From Armatimonadota bacterium (GTDB lineage: Bacteria > Armatimonadota > SYMT01): DNA of 64,000 nt. Numbering within the stretch: position 1 is the first letter of the stretch; every line of letters starts with the position of its first letter. The DNA lies in assembly GCA_041690135.1 (NCBI GenBank), contig JAWLHY010000006.1, positions 230,337 through 294,336 on the forward strand. The letters run 5' to 3'. The translations under genes and the position numbers were made by a program. The notes beneath the pieces were generated by a model. That model made no database searches and was not told where the DNA came from. It saw only the letters and a program-made list of their open reading frames with translations. Below, one piece after another: positions 27,776-37,875 of this stretch.

Positions 27776-28320
27776 TTATGCGCCGAGTTGCTTCCGGAAC
27801 GCTTCGAGACTCTCCGCCCGCACCGATGCTCGCTGAAGCACCCGCAAACGCTCCGGATCGTTGATGGCCCATACCGCTTCCGCGAGATCCGCAGGCACCT
27901 CCCCGTGATCGAAGGTCAGATTCTCCAGGATAACGTTCTGGAGTGCTCGACGCTCGCCTCTTTGCTCGCCAATTCTCTCACCAACCTCTTGTCCCCGGCG
28001 CTCACCGATACGTTCCCAACTCGTAACGTAAGGCATCTTTTGTTCCCTTTCCCAGGTTTCCATTTCCGCCCAGAAGCGTTCTTCCAAACTTTCCGGCAAG
28101 TTCAGGAGCCAGTCCACCAGGCGAAGCAACTCGAGTACTTCATCGCGAGAGAAACTACTTCGATACAGTTCCTTTACCAGCTCGATTTTACCGCGTAAAC
28201 GCTGCGCTGGGGACCTACGAGTCACCTGAGCACGGCGATGGGCGCGGATCACCGCGGCGATGGGATTCTGGGGGACAACGCTTCCTTCCAGGGATTGTCG
28301 TAGTCGGTGGGCTTTAGCAT
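27776..28320 (-). pseudogene. Internally deleted, frameshifted Rpn/YhgA-like (RpnC/YadD-type) gene
   Basis: ATG 28320 gives MLKPTDYDNPWKEAL, then a stop at 28249. Another frame resumes with NPIAAVIRAH...LLRLVDWLLNLP...MPYVTSWERIG. The PD-(D/E)XK core is absent. Confidence 0.8.
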
Positions 28321-28325
28321 CGGTT

Positions 28326-28934
28326 TTAGTGGCGAAAGCCTACCAGGCGCTCCAGGAGGGGTCGGGCTTCCTGCAGCGCCCGACCCCGGTGGCTGATGCG
28401 GTTCTTAACGGCGGGGTCCAACTCCGCCATCGTGCAGCCATACTCCGGGACGTAGAAGTGCGGATCGTATCCAAAGCCGCCGTCGCCTCGGGGTTCATCC
28501 ACGATCAGCCCCTCACAGGACCCTTCCGAAAGCCACACCCGTCCGTCGGGGGCAGCGATTGCTATGACTGCCCGGTAGCGGGCGGTCCGCCCTTCGGCGG
28601 GCACCCCCTCCAGTAATTTGAGCAGCGCGTGGTTGCGCTCGACTTCGGTGGTGTTTGGGCCCGCAAACCGGTTGGAATGCACTCCGGGCCTGCCGTCGAG
28701 CGCATCGACCTCGAGGCCGGAGTCGTCGGCGATCGCCCACTGTCCGGACCATTCCGCCGCGGCCCGAGCCTTCAACTCGGCGTTCTCCGCGAAAGTCGAA
28801 CCGGTCTCATCCACCTCGGGCATCGTGTCGGCGGCGGTGAGCTCCACCTCCAGGTCGGCAAGCAGCGCCCGCAGCTCCCGTACTTTCCCGGCATTCTTGG
28901 TAGCCACCACCAGCTGATGAATCCGCTCGGACAT
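28326..28934 (-). CDS. rdgB: XTP/dITP diphosphatase RdgB
   Basis: Motifs ATKNAGK, ADDSGLEVDAL, GFGYDP, SHRGRA. Confidence 0.96.
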   Translation of the reverse strand: MSERIHQLVVATKNAGKVRELRALLADLEVELTAADTMPEVDETGSTFAENAELKARAAAEWSGQWAIADDSGLEVDALDGRPGVHSNRFAGPNTTEVERNHALLKLLEGVPAEGRTARYRAVIAIAAPDGRVWLSEGSCEGLIVDEPRGDGGFGYDPHFYVPEYGCTMAELDPAVKNRISHRGRALQEARPLLERLVGFRH

Positions 28935-28937
28935 GAA

Positions 28938-29678
28938 TCAACGCTTTCTCGGCTGGATGAGGTCTTTCAACGCTTCCTGCTGAAGGCCGAACAGGTGCTT
29001 CACGCCCTTATCGGCGGCCTGCATCAGCTGGTCCATCTGGGCGCGGGAGAAAGGGTCTCCTTCGGCGGTCCCCTGGACCTCCACCAGCCGACCATCGCCG
29101 GTCATCACGATGTTCATGTCGACTGCGGCCATCGAGTCTTCGTCGTAGTTGAGATCGATGCAGATCTGCCCAGAGTAAATGCCCACGCTGACGGCTGCCA
29201 ACTGGTCCAGCAATGGCCAGCCCTTGAGTTGCCCTGCGGCCCGCATCTTCCCCAGGCACTCGACCAGGGCGACGTAAGCGCCCGTAATCGAGGCGGTCCG
29301 AGTTCCCCCATCGGCCTGGATTACATCGCAGTCGATCCAGATCGTGCGCTCTCCCAGGCCAGTCCGATCCACTACCGAGCGGAGGGAGCGGCCGATCAGG
29401 CGCTGGATTTCCACCGTGCGCCCGCTGGGAGCCTTCCCGACATCACGCGGCGTGCGCTGGCGGTTGGCCCGGGGAATCATCGCGTATTCGGCGGTCACCC
29501 ACCCCACTCCCTGGCCTTTGAGAAACGGGGGTACCCGATCTTCGAGGGAGGCGGTACAGATGACCTGGGTCTCCCCCACTTCAATGAGGCAGGAGCCTTC
29601 GGCGTATCGGTTGAAACCACGCGTAATCTTTACGGGCCGCATCTCGCCGGGGGCGCGACCATCGGGCCGGACGGACAT
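28938..29678 (-). CDS. rph: Ribonuclease PH
   Basis: Motifs [45 protein letters not shown]. Conserved rph-rdgB order. Confidence 0.97.
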   Translation of the reverse strand: MSVRPDGRAPGEMRPVKITRGFNRYAEGSCLIEVGETQVICTASLEDRVPPFLKGQGVGWVTAEYAMIPRANRQRTPRDVGKAPSGRTVEIQRLIGRSLRSVVDRTGLGERTIWIDCDVIQADGGTRTASITGAYVALVECLGKMRAAGQLKGWPLLDQLAAVSVGIYSGQICIDLNYDEDSMAAVDMNIVMTGDGRLVEVQGTAEGDPFSRAQMDQLMQAADKGVKHLFGLQQEALKDLIQPRKR

Positions 29679-29879
29679 GAGACTGGGTTCCTTTACTACC
29701 GTCTTGAGTGTGCACCAAACGGACAGTCGGTTGGACAGGAGACGGTTCGCGCTTGCGCGGCCCGTCTCCTGTCCCCTGGCGGCATGCGTACGGGCGTACG
29801 GGATCCGGCGCGCCGCCACCGAAGCTTACGGCACCCATGATACGGTATTAGACGGTGAAGAGGCCGATCTGCGGAGAGA

Positions 29880-31541
29880 GTGGAGAGTTTTGGGATGGAC
29901 AACCAACCACACGACGGACGACAGCGGCGCTGGGAACTGACCGGAGCTGGGCTGAACAACCTGGATCTGGTGGAGCGGGAGATCCCGCGGCCGTCCGCGG
30001 ACGAGTTGCTCGTACGCATCGACGCATGCGGCGTTTGTTTCAGCGACATCAAAATCCTGAACCTGGGGCCCAACCATCCGCGTCTCCAGGGCCGCGACCT
30101 CTCCGTGGACCCAGTCGTCATGGGCCACGAGACGGCCATGACGGTGCTGGAGGTCGGCAGCAAGTGGGCCGACCGTTTTCGGCCAGGCCAGCGGTTCCTG
30201 ATTCAGGCCGACGTCTACTACCAGGGCGAGGGGATGGCGTTCGGTTACCGTCTACCGGGTGGCTACAGCCAGTATCAGCTCATCACTCACCCCATTCTGG
30301 AAGGCGATGAGGGCTGCTACCTTCTCCCGGTGTCGGAAGGGGTCAGCCACGCGCAGGCGGCCCTCTGTGAGCCGTGGGCCTGCGTGGAAGCCTCTTACCG
30401 CTACCAGCCCCGGATGCAGCCACGCCAGGGTGGAGACTCGGTTGTCTTCCTCCTCGACACGGAACTGGTCGGCGACATTGCGGCCGAGGTCCGGGCCGCC
30501 GGTAACGCCCGCGTGCTCACCCCCGCCGAGACACCATGGATCCGCGATCCCGCGCGGGCGGCAGAGGGTGTAGAGGCGCTACTGAGCGACCAGCCCGCGG
30601 GATTTGACGATGTCTTCCTTTTCGGAATGCCAAATCCGGAACTGGCACGCGAGGCCACCCGGCTACTGAAAAATGGCGGAGTGTACGCCATTCAGGGAGA
30701 GGGCTCCACCGGCCCTCTCCCGGTGGACGTGGGCAGCGTCCACTACCGCGACCACTGGTACACCGGCTCGCCCGCCGGAAATGTCCTGGCCTGGGGCCGG
30801 ACCACGGAACTCTCGCCCGGCGGGGTGGCCTGGTTTATCGGCGCCGGCGGGCCGCTTGGGCAGATGCACATCCAACGCGCGCTGGCACTACCGCATCCGC
30901 CTTCGAAGATCATCATCTCCCAGCGCGGAGGCCCGCGCCTGGAAGAACTGCGTCGCCGTTTCGCCGCCACCGCTAGCGAAAGAGGAGTCGAGCTCGTCCT
31001 CCTCGATGCAGGAGAGTTGGGCGAGGGCGTATATGCGGCCGTCCGAGAAGCCTCGGGAGGACGGGGCTGCGACGACGTCGTCGTGATCATTCCCAACGCC
31101 GAGGTCGTGGCCCGTGCCTTCGAAGCTCTCGCTCCCGGCGGCGGCCTGAACATCTTCGCCGGGGTCGCGGTCGGAACCACCGCCGACATCGATCTGGGCC
31201 GCGTGGCTTCCGATGGCGTGCGCCTCTGGGGCACGAGCGGCAGCAAGATCTCCGACCTCCAGAGCATTGTCGATAAGATGGAAACGGGTGGTCTCCCGAC
31301 GGATCGCGTCGTCGCCGCCGTGGGAGGCATCGAGGCCGTGAAACAGGGGCTCGAGGCGGTGCGCGACGGCGTGTTTCTCGGCAAGACGCTCATTTATCCT
31401 CACTGCAAAAACTTGCCGCTGATCACGGTCGCCGACCTGGCTGAAAAGCATCCCTCGATTAAGGAACGCATGCTCGAGGGCCACTACTGGACCCCGGAAG
31501 CCGAGGCGGAGTTGCTCCGGCTTTACAGGGCCGCGGACTGA
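29880..31541 (+). CDS. Long zinc-binding MDR dehydrogenase, L-sorbose-1-phosphate reductase (SorE)-like
   Basis: Motifs CGVCFSDIK, MGHE, FLIQAD, GYRLPGGYSQY, CEPWACV, GAGGPLG. Start at 29880 or 29895. Confidence 0.8.
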   Translation: MESFGMDNQPHDGRQRRWELTGAGLNNLDLVEREIPRPSADELLVRIDACGVCFSDIKILNLGPNHPRLQGRDLSVDPVVMGHETAMTVLEVGSKWADRFRPGQRFLIQADVYYQGEGMAFGYRLPGGYSQYQLITHPILEGDEGCYLLPVSEGVSHAQAALCEPWACVEASYRYQPRMQPRQGGDSVVFLLDTELVGDIAAEVRAAGNARVLTPAETPWIRDPARAAEGVEALLSDQPAGFDDVFLFGMPNPELAREATRLLKNGGVYAIQGEGSTGPLPVDVGSVHYRDHWYTGSPAGNVLAWGRTTELSPGGVAWFIGAGGPLGQMHIQRALALPHPPSKIIISQRGGPRLEELRRRFAATASERGVELVLLDAGELGEGVYAAVREASGGRGCDDVVVIIPNAEVVARAFEALAPGGGLNIFAGVAVGTTADIDLGRVASDGVRLWGTSGSKISDLQSIVDKMETGGLPTDRVVAAVGGIEAVKQGLEAVRDGVFLGKTLIYPHCKNLPLITVADLAEKHPSIKERMLEGHYWTPEAEAELLRLYRAAD

Positions 31542-31560
31542 AGTCGCATAGGAGAACACC

Positions 31561-32349
31561 ATGCCCAGATTGGAGGGACGCGTCGCCCTGGTCACGGGTG
31601 CCGGGCAAGGACTGGGAGAGGCATTGGCGCGCCGCCTCGCCGCCGAAGGGGCTGCGGTCGCCGTCGCGGATGTGAACGGTGACGCCGCGGAAACGGTGGC
31701 CGTCTCCCTTCGCGAGAACGGCACCCACTCCATTGGGATTTCGGCGAACGTCGCGGACGAAGATCAGGTGGCCTCGATGGTCCGGCGCACCGTCGAGGAG
31801 TTGGGTGGACTGGACATCCTGGTGGCCAACGCGGGCGTACTCCGGGCTCATGACATCCAGGAGTTTCCTCTGGCTGATTGGAAGCTGGTCCTCGACGTGA
31901 ACCTGACGGGCTACTTCCTCTGCGCCCGTGAGGCGGCGCGGGTGATGGCCCCCCAGCGCCGCGGGGTCATCATCCAGATCAATTCCAAGAGCGGAAAAAA
32001 GGGAAGCTTCCGTAACAGCGCCTACGCGGCCAGCAAGTTCGGGGGCGTGGGCCTGACCCAGAGCCTCGCGCTCGACCTGGCCCCCTACGGCGTGCGAGTG
32101 AACGCCGTATGCCCGGGCAACCTGCTAGACGGAACCCTGTGGAGCCAGAGCCTCTACGAGCAATATGCGAAGAAGTGGGGCCTCACGCCGGAGGAAGTGC
32201 GCAAGAAGTACGAAGACCAGGTCCCGCTTGGCCGCGGGTGCACCTATGAAGATGTGGGCAACGTGGTCGTCTTCCTGGCCAGCGATGAGAGCAGCTACAT
32301 GACCGGACAGGCGCTTAACGTGACCGGAGGCCAGCAACTCAGTCCTTAA
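31561..32349 (+). CDS. srlD: Sorbitol-6-phosphate 2-dehydrogenase (SDR)
   Basis: TGAGQGLG, IQINSKSGKKGSFRNSAYAASKFGGVGLTQSLALDLA, QVPLGRGC, TGQALNVTGGQ. Confidence 0.85.
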   Translation: MPRLEGRVALVTGAGQGLGEALARRLAAEGAAVAVADVNGDAAETVAVSLRENGTHSIGISANVADEDQVASMVRRTVEELGGLDILVANAGVLRAHDIQEFPLADWKLVLDVNLTGYFLCAREAARVMAPQRRGVIIQINSKSGKKGSFRNSAYAASKFGGVGLTQSLALDLAPYGVRVNAVCPGNLLDGTLWSQSLYEQYAKKWGLTPEEVRKKYEDQVPLGRGCTYEDVGNVVVFLASDESSYMTGQALNVTGGQQLSP

Positions 32350-32370
32350 GGTCCAGTTTGCCTGATTACT

Positions 32371-33684
32371 TCACAGTAACTGCCGGTACTTTAGCTCCAG
32401 GTACCGATTGACGAGGTTCATCGACAACTCGTCGGGAGAAGTATCCAGTACGACTGCCCCCAGCTTGTGAAGGCTGTCGAGGATGCGACGGCGCTCGTTG
32501 AGCAAATCGATTGCCACGGTGCGCTCGTACATCTGCTCCGCCATTTCGCTGGGGCGCCGGGAGGTCGCCAGCACCTGCTCGTCCTGGAGCGTTACGCAGA
32601 GGGGAAGGTGAACGGGGCGCAGTAGCCGCAGGTAGGTGACCAGGTCGGCCGAAGTGTCCTCATCGACCAGGTCCGTGAAGAAGACCACCAGCGAGCGCCG
32701 CTTGCACCGCTGGGCGATCTGCTCCAGCGCGCCGCGGTAGTCCACGTGGCAGAGGCGTGCTTCCACCCCGTAGAGCAGTTCCAGGCACTGCTTGAAGTGG
32801 CCCGGGCTCTTCCCCAACGGCAGGTACGCGTCAACGCTGTCGGAAACGATCATCAGGCCCACGCGGTCCCCCGCCTTGAGCGCCACGTGCGCCAGCATGA
32901 GCGCGGCGTTGACTGCATAGTCCAGCTTGGCCAACTTCCCCACGCGTCCCGCCATCATCCGCCCCGCGTCGAGTACCAGGAACACGTTCTGACTCTTCTC
33001 GACTTCGTAGACGCGCGTCATCGGCCGGTGCCTGCGGGCGGTCGCCTTCCAGTCGATCTGACGGTACTCGTCGTCCGGCGTGTAGTCGCGGATGCGTTCG
33101 AACTCCGTCCCCCTGCCGACCATACGAGAGCGGTGGATGCCGAACTCCCCCAGCCGGCTCCGGCGCGCCATCAACTCATAGCGGGTCACTTCCCGGAGAT
33201 CCGGATAGATGCGGACCTCTTCCGGCGCGGAGAGACTTAGCTGCCGCACCGCCAGACCGGGCGCCTGTTCCACCCGGGCATAGAGGTCGCCGAACTGGAA
33301 CCGCCCCCGCGCACCCGGCGTGACGTAATACGTCAGGGTCGCCTCCTCTTTGGCGCCCACGAGCACTTCCGCGGGCAATCCTTCCGCCTCAAAGGCTTGG
33401 GGAACGGTATCGGTGACGAGAATCCGGGCGGGAGCGCGACCGAAATTCCGCACCCGCAGTTCGACCTTTTCCCGCTCGCCCAGCGAAAGACGCGACGGGA
33501 CCGACCGCGTGATGGTCACCTCTTCGGGGCGGAGTCCCACCAGATAGGTCCCGGCCAGGAACGCGCAGCAGATGACGAAGTAGGCCAGCGCCAGAGAGAA
33601 CAGTCCCGGCACAAACGTGCCCAGTGCTGCCGGCACGAGCCCAAGGGCGATCAGAAATAGGAATTTGCGGCTGGGAATCACCAT
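32371..33684 (-). CDS. DUF58 (vWA-like) protein
   Basis: GTEFERIRDYTPDDEYRQIDWKATAR, LDAGRMM, N-terminal TM segments. Confidence 0.93.
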   Translation of the reverse strand: MVIPSRKFLFLIALGLVPAALGTFVPGLFSLALAYFVICCAFLAGTYLVGLRPEEVTITRSVPSRLSLGEREKVELRVRNFGRAPARILVTDTVPQAFEAEGLPAEVLVGAKEEATLTYYVTPGARGRFQFGDLYARVEQAPGLAVRQLSLSAPEEVRIYPDLREVTRYELMARRSRLGEFGIHRSRMVGRGTEFERIRDYTPDDEYRQIDWKATARRHRPMTRVYEVEKSQNVFLVLDAGRMMAGRVGKLAKLDYAVNAALMLAHVALKAGDRVGLMIVSDSVDAYLPLGKSPGHFKQCLELLYGVEARLCHVDYRGALEQIAQRCKRRSLVVFFTDLVDEDTSADLVTYLRLLRPVHLPLCVTLQDEQVLATSRRPSEMAEQMYERTVAIDLLNERRRILDSLHKLGAVVLDTSPDELSMNLVNRYLELKYRQLL

Positions 33685-33687
33685 TGG

Positions 33688-34650
33688 TTACCGGGGCACG
33701 GGCACTTTCTGCATGACAATCCGCAGCACATCATCCGAGGTCAGGCCGTTGGCTTCCGCTTCGGGTTGGAGCACGATGCGGTGGCGGAGGGTGGGGAGCA
33801 CCATGGATTGGATGTCATCCGGAGTGACGAACTCGCGACCGGCAAATGCGGCGGTCGCCTTGGCGGCCATGAGGAGGTGGATGCCGCCCCGGGGGCCGGA
33901 ACCCACCAGGATCTCGTCCGAGAGACGCGTGGCGGTGATCAACTCGCGGACGTAGGTCACCAACTCGGAGCGCATTGCCAGCGCCTTGATGACCGTGCGG
34001 CAGCGGTCCAGTTCTTCCGGCGTCATCACCGGTTGGATTTGCGCATCTTCGACGTTGTGCGGCTCCTCGCCGCGGTTGTACATTTCGAGGATTCGCTCTT
34101 CTTCCGCCGCCTCCGGGTAGCCTACGTGGACTTTCATCATGAAGCGGTCCAGTTGGGCCTCTGGCAGGGGGTAGGTACCCTCGTACTCGATGGGGTTCTG
34201 GGTAGCGAACACGGTGAAAAACCGGGTGAGCTCGTAGGGTGCGCCATCGATGGTGCAGCGTCGCTCCTGCATCGCCTCCAGCAGGGCGGCCTGGGTTTTG
34301 GCGGGGCTCCGATTGATCTCGTCCCCCAGGAGGAGATCCGTAAACACCGGGCCCTTGCGCAGGATGAACTGCCCCTTCTGGAGGTCGAAGATATTCGTCC
34401 CGATCACGTCGGAAGGCATCAAGTCCGGGGTGAACTGGATGCGTCCGAAAGTCAGGCTCATCGAGCGCGCCAGGGCACGGACCATGAGCGTCTTGGCGGT
34501 ACCGGGCACCCCCTCCAGGAGCACGTGACCGCTGCAGTAGACCGCCACCAGCAGCGATCGGATCACCTCTTCCTGGCCGACGACCACCCGGCTCATCTGC
34601 TGGAACACCTGGGTCGTTTTCTCGTTAACGAAAGTAAGTCCGTCCATCAT
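33688..34650 (-). CDS. MoxR family AAA+ ATPase
   Basis: Motifs GVPGTAKT, RIQFTPDLMPSD, DEINR, ATQNPIEYEGTYPLPEAQLDRF. Confidence 0.96.
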   Translation of the reverse strand: MMDGLTFVNEKTTQVFQQMSRVVVGQEEVIRSLLVAVYCSGHVLLEGVPGTAKTLMVRALARSMSLTFGRIQFTPDLMPSDVIGTNIFDLQKGQFILRKGPVFTDLLLGDEINRSPAKTQAALLEAMQERRCTIDGAPYELTRFFTVFATQNPIEYEGTYPLPEAQLDRFMMKVHVGYPEAAEEERILEMYNRGEEPHNVEDAQIQPVMTPEELDRCRTVIKALAMRSELVTYVRELITATRLSDEILVGSGPRGGIHLLMAAKATAAFAGREFVTPDDIQSMVLPTLRHRIVLQPEAEANGLTSDDVLRIVMQKVPVPR

Positions 34651-35948
34651 TCTTTCTTGTCCGTGCCAGGGGGATGAAGCGCCTGATCGAGACGCGTCAA
34701 CTGCTCGCAAAACTCCAGGGCTTCCTTTTCCGAAAGCCGTTCTCGCGCCAACGCCGCCTCGGTCTGCACCAGCACCATCCGGGCTTCAATCGCGGGCCGT
34801 CCCGTGCGTCGCTCATAGCGCCGGCCCACCTCTTCCAGGTCCGTCAAGCCGTCCATCCGGAGCGCCCCTGCCAGTCGGCGCCGGAAGTCCAGGAAGATTG
34901 TATTCAGTGCGTCGCGGGCTACGCCGGCGTTCCGGTAGAGTTGCGCCACCGCCCGGACATATTCCGCGCTGTCGCGCTGCCGGTCGGCCACCAGCGGTTC
35001 GGGGGCGCCGAAGCGGACTCCCGTACGCCAGAAGACGAGGCCCAGCAGCAGAAGTCCATACACCAGCACCGGCACGAGCGCCCGGTCACGGAGATAGGCG
35101 ATTAGCCCGCGCTCCACATCTCGTTTGTGGAATTCATCAAACCAGATCGTCCCGCCGGATGGCCGCATGGCGGCGAGGTTCAGCACGAAGCGAGAGTTGT
35201 CGGCGGCGGTGACCCCCAGATTGCTGGCGGGATAGGCATCGTTCACGGCGACGTAAAGCCCCCTCCCGCGGACCGCGGTCACCACTTGCGGCACTTTGCG
35301 CGGCCCATCCTCCTTCACAAAGAGCGGCAGCCACTCCTCCGCGGGAATGGGCGGGATGGGAGGCTCCGGCTCGTCGACTTCGAGCATTTTCGCCATGGCA
35401 TCCTTCTGCCGCCCGAACTTGAACCCAAACTGGGTTTGGGTCTGCAACTCGCTGAGGCCTTGCGCCAGAAGACTGGGCTGTGTTGGCAATGCCGGCTTCC
35501 CGGAAAGGCTCTTCGGCTCATCAACGATCAGGCCCAGGCCCGCATAGAGGGGATTGGTAACGGACGACATGACGACCACCACATTCCCCTCTCGGACCCA
35601 ACGGTCCAGAGCCTCCAGTTCGTGAGGGAGGATGTCGCCGCGACCGCCCACCTCCTGTCCCCCGCCGAGCACGAACTGGCCGCGGGCGGGAGCGATCAAG
35701 ATCAGCAGCCCCGGCTCCTTCAGGCGCGTGAACTCGGAGTTCCAGATACGTGGCGACAGCCCGGCACCCTGGTAGAGCCGGTACGCGATGGCGGCGCCGC
35801 GATCGTCGGTGCGGTGGACGGAGTACTCCGGGTGCCGGGTATCGCGCCGGGTGTCCTGCGTCCAGAGGAGCCACGCGCCGGCGATCAACACTCCCAGCAC
35901 CGCCATCAACCAGAGGATAATCGCTACGGACGAGCGTCGATCAGCCAC
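34647..35948 (-). CDS. DUF4350-domain membrane protein
   Basis: N-terminal TM, WVREGN, IWFDEFH, WRTGVRFG, EYVRAVAQLY. MoxR operon context. GTG start overlaps the upstream stop. Confidence 0.85.
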   Translation of the reverse strand: MADRRSSVAIILWLMAVLGVLIAGAWLLWTQDTRRDTRHPEYSVHRTDDRGAAIAYRLYQGAGLSPRIWNSEFTRLKEPGLLILIAPARGQFVLGGGQEVGGRGDILPHELEALDRWVREGNVVVVMSSVTNPLYAGLGLIVDEPKSLSGKPALPTQPSLLAQGLSELQTQTQFGFKFGRQKDAMAKMLEVDEPEPPIPPIPAEEWLPLFVKEDGPRKVPQVVTAVRGRGLYVAVNDAYPASNLGVTAADNSRFVLNLAAMRPSGGTIWFDEFHKRDVERGLIAYLRDRALVPVLVYGLLLLGLVFWRTGVRFGAPEPLVADRQRDSAEYVRAVAQLYRNAGVARDALNTIFLDFRRRLAGALRMDGLTDLEEVGRRYERRTGRPAIEARMVLVQTEAALARERLSEKEALEFCEQLTRLDQALHPPGTDKKE

Positions 35949-37869
35949 GCACACCCCCAGAGCCGGTTACGAAAGGAGCTGGGGTTCCGAGCGATCTTAC
36001 TCCTTCCTCAAAGCGATGGTAGACTTCCTCGCCGCAGGGACGTTCTCCGTACCACACCTCATCGAAGACCTGGGTCAGTTGACGAAGAGTGCTTCGCTGC
36101 TCCGATTCACCGCGGAACTGACGAACGTAGATCCAGTTGGTCAGGGCGCGGTTGTATTCAATCTTGCGCTCGCGATGCAGGTGGACCAGGGTCGCAAGGT
36201 AGAGGGCACGGATCGCCTGGCGTACGTCCCCCTGTCCCAGCCACTGTTGGGCGAACCTTTCCCACTCGTCCACGGTGTGATCCAGGGCGTTCTCCGTCGT
36301 CGAAGCTTCCAGGGGTGGCGCCGCGCCGGATGCGACAGCCGCTGCGCGGCCTCGGTCGCTCATAGGCCGTTCAATAAGCCAGCGGATCAACATCGCCAGC
36401 AGGTAGAGCACGGCCAGAGCCAGAAGGATCCAGAACACCGGTTCGAGCTGGCCCAGGTTGGGCAGGGTCCCGTCTGGGGCATCCACTTCCGGCCGGGCGG
36501 GTTGAAACAGTTTCTCACGGACCCACTTCCAGAACCCGGTCCACCAGTTAGCCGGTTGGCGGAAGTTGACGTTCTTGAGCAATTCCCGCAGTTCCGGGCG
36601 GTCGGCGAGGGGCTGAAACTCAGGCTGCTGGAGAATCTGCTTAACTGCCTCCTTCGGGTCGTGACCTCCGGCGCCGACAGTTACGGGGACCCTCTGTTCC
36701 GCCTGGGTTCCCCCACTCTCTCCTGAGGCCACGCCCGCGAGCGAGCGCTCCAACGCTTCCAGCCTTCGAAGCAAGGCATTCTTCTCGGCGGAACTCTCGC
36801 CCTCGCCGTTCTCCCACCGCCGGAGTCCCTCGGAAATCCAGGTGTTGTCCACGGAAAGCTTACGGTCCCCTGGAAGCTCGACGGTGGTGTGTCCGAGACC
36901 ATCCAGCACCCGGGGATTAACCGAGTCCGGTCTGGGCGCGGCCTGAATCTGTTTGCGGGCAGCACGCACTTGCTCGACATAGCGGTCCAGCGGCGCGGCA
37001 GCGGTCGGCGTGGCAAAGAGCACCAGGAACACCGTCACCAGACCGGCAGCGGAACGAAGGCGCAGCAGTTGCCCCTGGAGATCGGCCCCTTCCCGCCGGA
37101 TGCGCAAATCGAGATAGAACAGCGCGTCGATGGTCGTCTTGATAGGATCCAATAAGACCAGCAGCACCGCGGCAAGAAACAGGGTGTAGGCCTGGTTACC
37201 GAGACTCAACCGGGGTCTCAAGCCGCTCAACTCCAGACCGAGGAAGTCCGCAGCCACTCCCAGACCCAACTGCAAAAGCAGGTGCAGGTTGAGGATGCCC
37301 AGCGCCCCCACTCCCACCAGGAGCAGCCAAAGACCCAGTGAGCGGAGGCGATAGCCCTCCGTCAAACGCCAGCTTCGGCGCAGCGCCGCGACATAGGGAC
37401 GGCGCTCGTCCAGCAGCACGGGCCGCGCCACCCACCAGCCCATAACCAGCATCAAACCTGGCGCCAGCAGGCATGTAGCGCCGGCCCACGCCAGCGAGAA
37501 GCCGGCGAGACCGACGAACGCGCTGCCCAGCGCCGCGCGACGGGCTTCTCCCCAGGCGCCACGCAGGTCGACAGGTTCACCCCGGAGCGCCGATAGCGCC
37601 AGGCGGGTGACTGCGGCACGGGAAACGGAGTGGACCGTCCATGCAAGCGTCATCAGTAGCGCCCACCATGCCGTACCCTGATAGAACTCGCGGTTCTCCA
37701 CCTCTCCCACCAGCCGACCCAGCCACAAAAAATATCCGATCGTCAACACGGCTACCGGAACCGTTCCGGCGGTAGACGCGGCAAAGAGGGGGAGCCAGTG
37801 GCGTCGGACCACCAGCCAGGCCGCATCCAGGAGTTCCACGGTATTTAAGGGTCGAAGGTCGGTGGCCAT
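35941..37869 (-). CDS. Membrane protein with C-terminal DUF4129 domain
   Basis: LRPLNTVELLDA, YLDLRIRREGAD, AIRALY, TNWIY, FDEVWYG. Operon context. Confidence 0.85.
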   Translation of the reverse strand: MATDLRPLNTVELLDAAWLVVRRHWLPLFAASTAGTVPVAVLTIGYFLWLGRLVGEVENREFYQGTAWWALLMTLAWTVHSVSRAAVTRLALSALRGEPVDLRGAWGEARRAALGSAFVGLAGFSLAWAGATCLLAPGLMLVMGWWVARPVLLDERRPYVAALRRSWRLTEGYRLRSLGLWLLLVGVGALGILNLHLLLQLGLGVAADFLGLELSGLRPRLSLGNQAYTLFLAAVLLVLLDPIKTTIDALFYLDLRIRREGADLQGQLLRLRSAAGLVTVFLVLFATPTAAAPLDRYVEQVRAARKQIQAAPRPDSVNPRVLDGLGHTTVELPGDRKLSVDNTWISEGLRRWENGEGESSAEKNALLRRLEALERSLAGVASGESGGTQAEQRVPVTVGAGGHDPKEAVKQILQQPEFQPLADRPELRELLKNVNFRQPANWWTGFWKWVREKLFQPARPEVDAPDGTLPNLGQLEPVFWILLALAVLYLLAMLIRWLIERPMSDRGRAAAVASGAAPPLEASTTENALDHTVDEWERFAQQWLGQGDVRQAIRALYLATLVHLHRERKIEYNRALTNWIYVRQFRGESEQRSTLRQLTQVFDEVWYGERPCGEEVYHRFEEGVRSLGTPAPFVTGSGGVRG

Positions 37870-37875
37870 TTCGGG

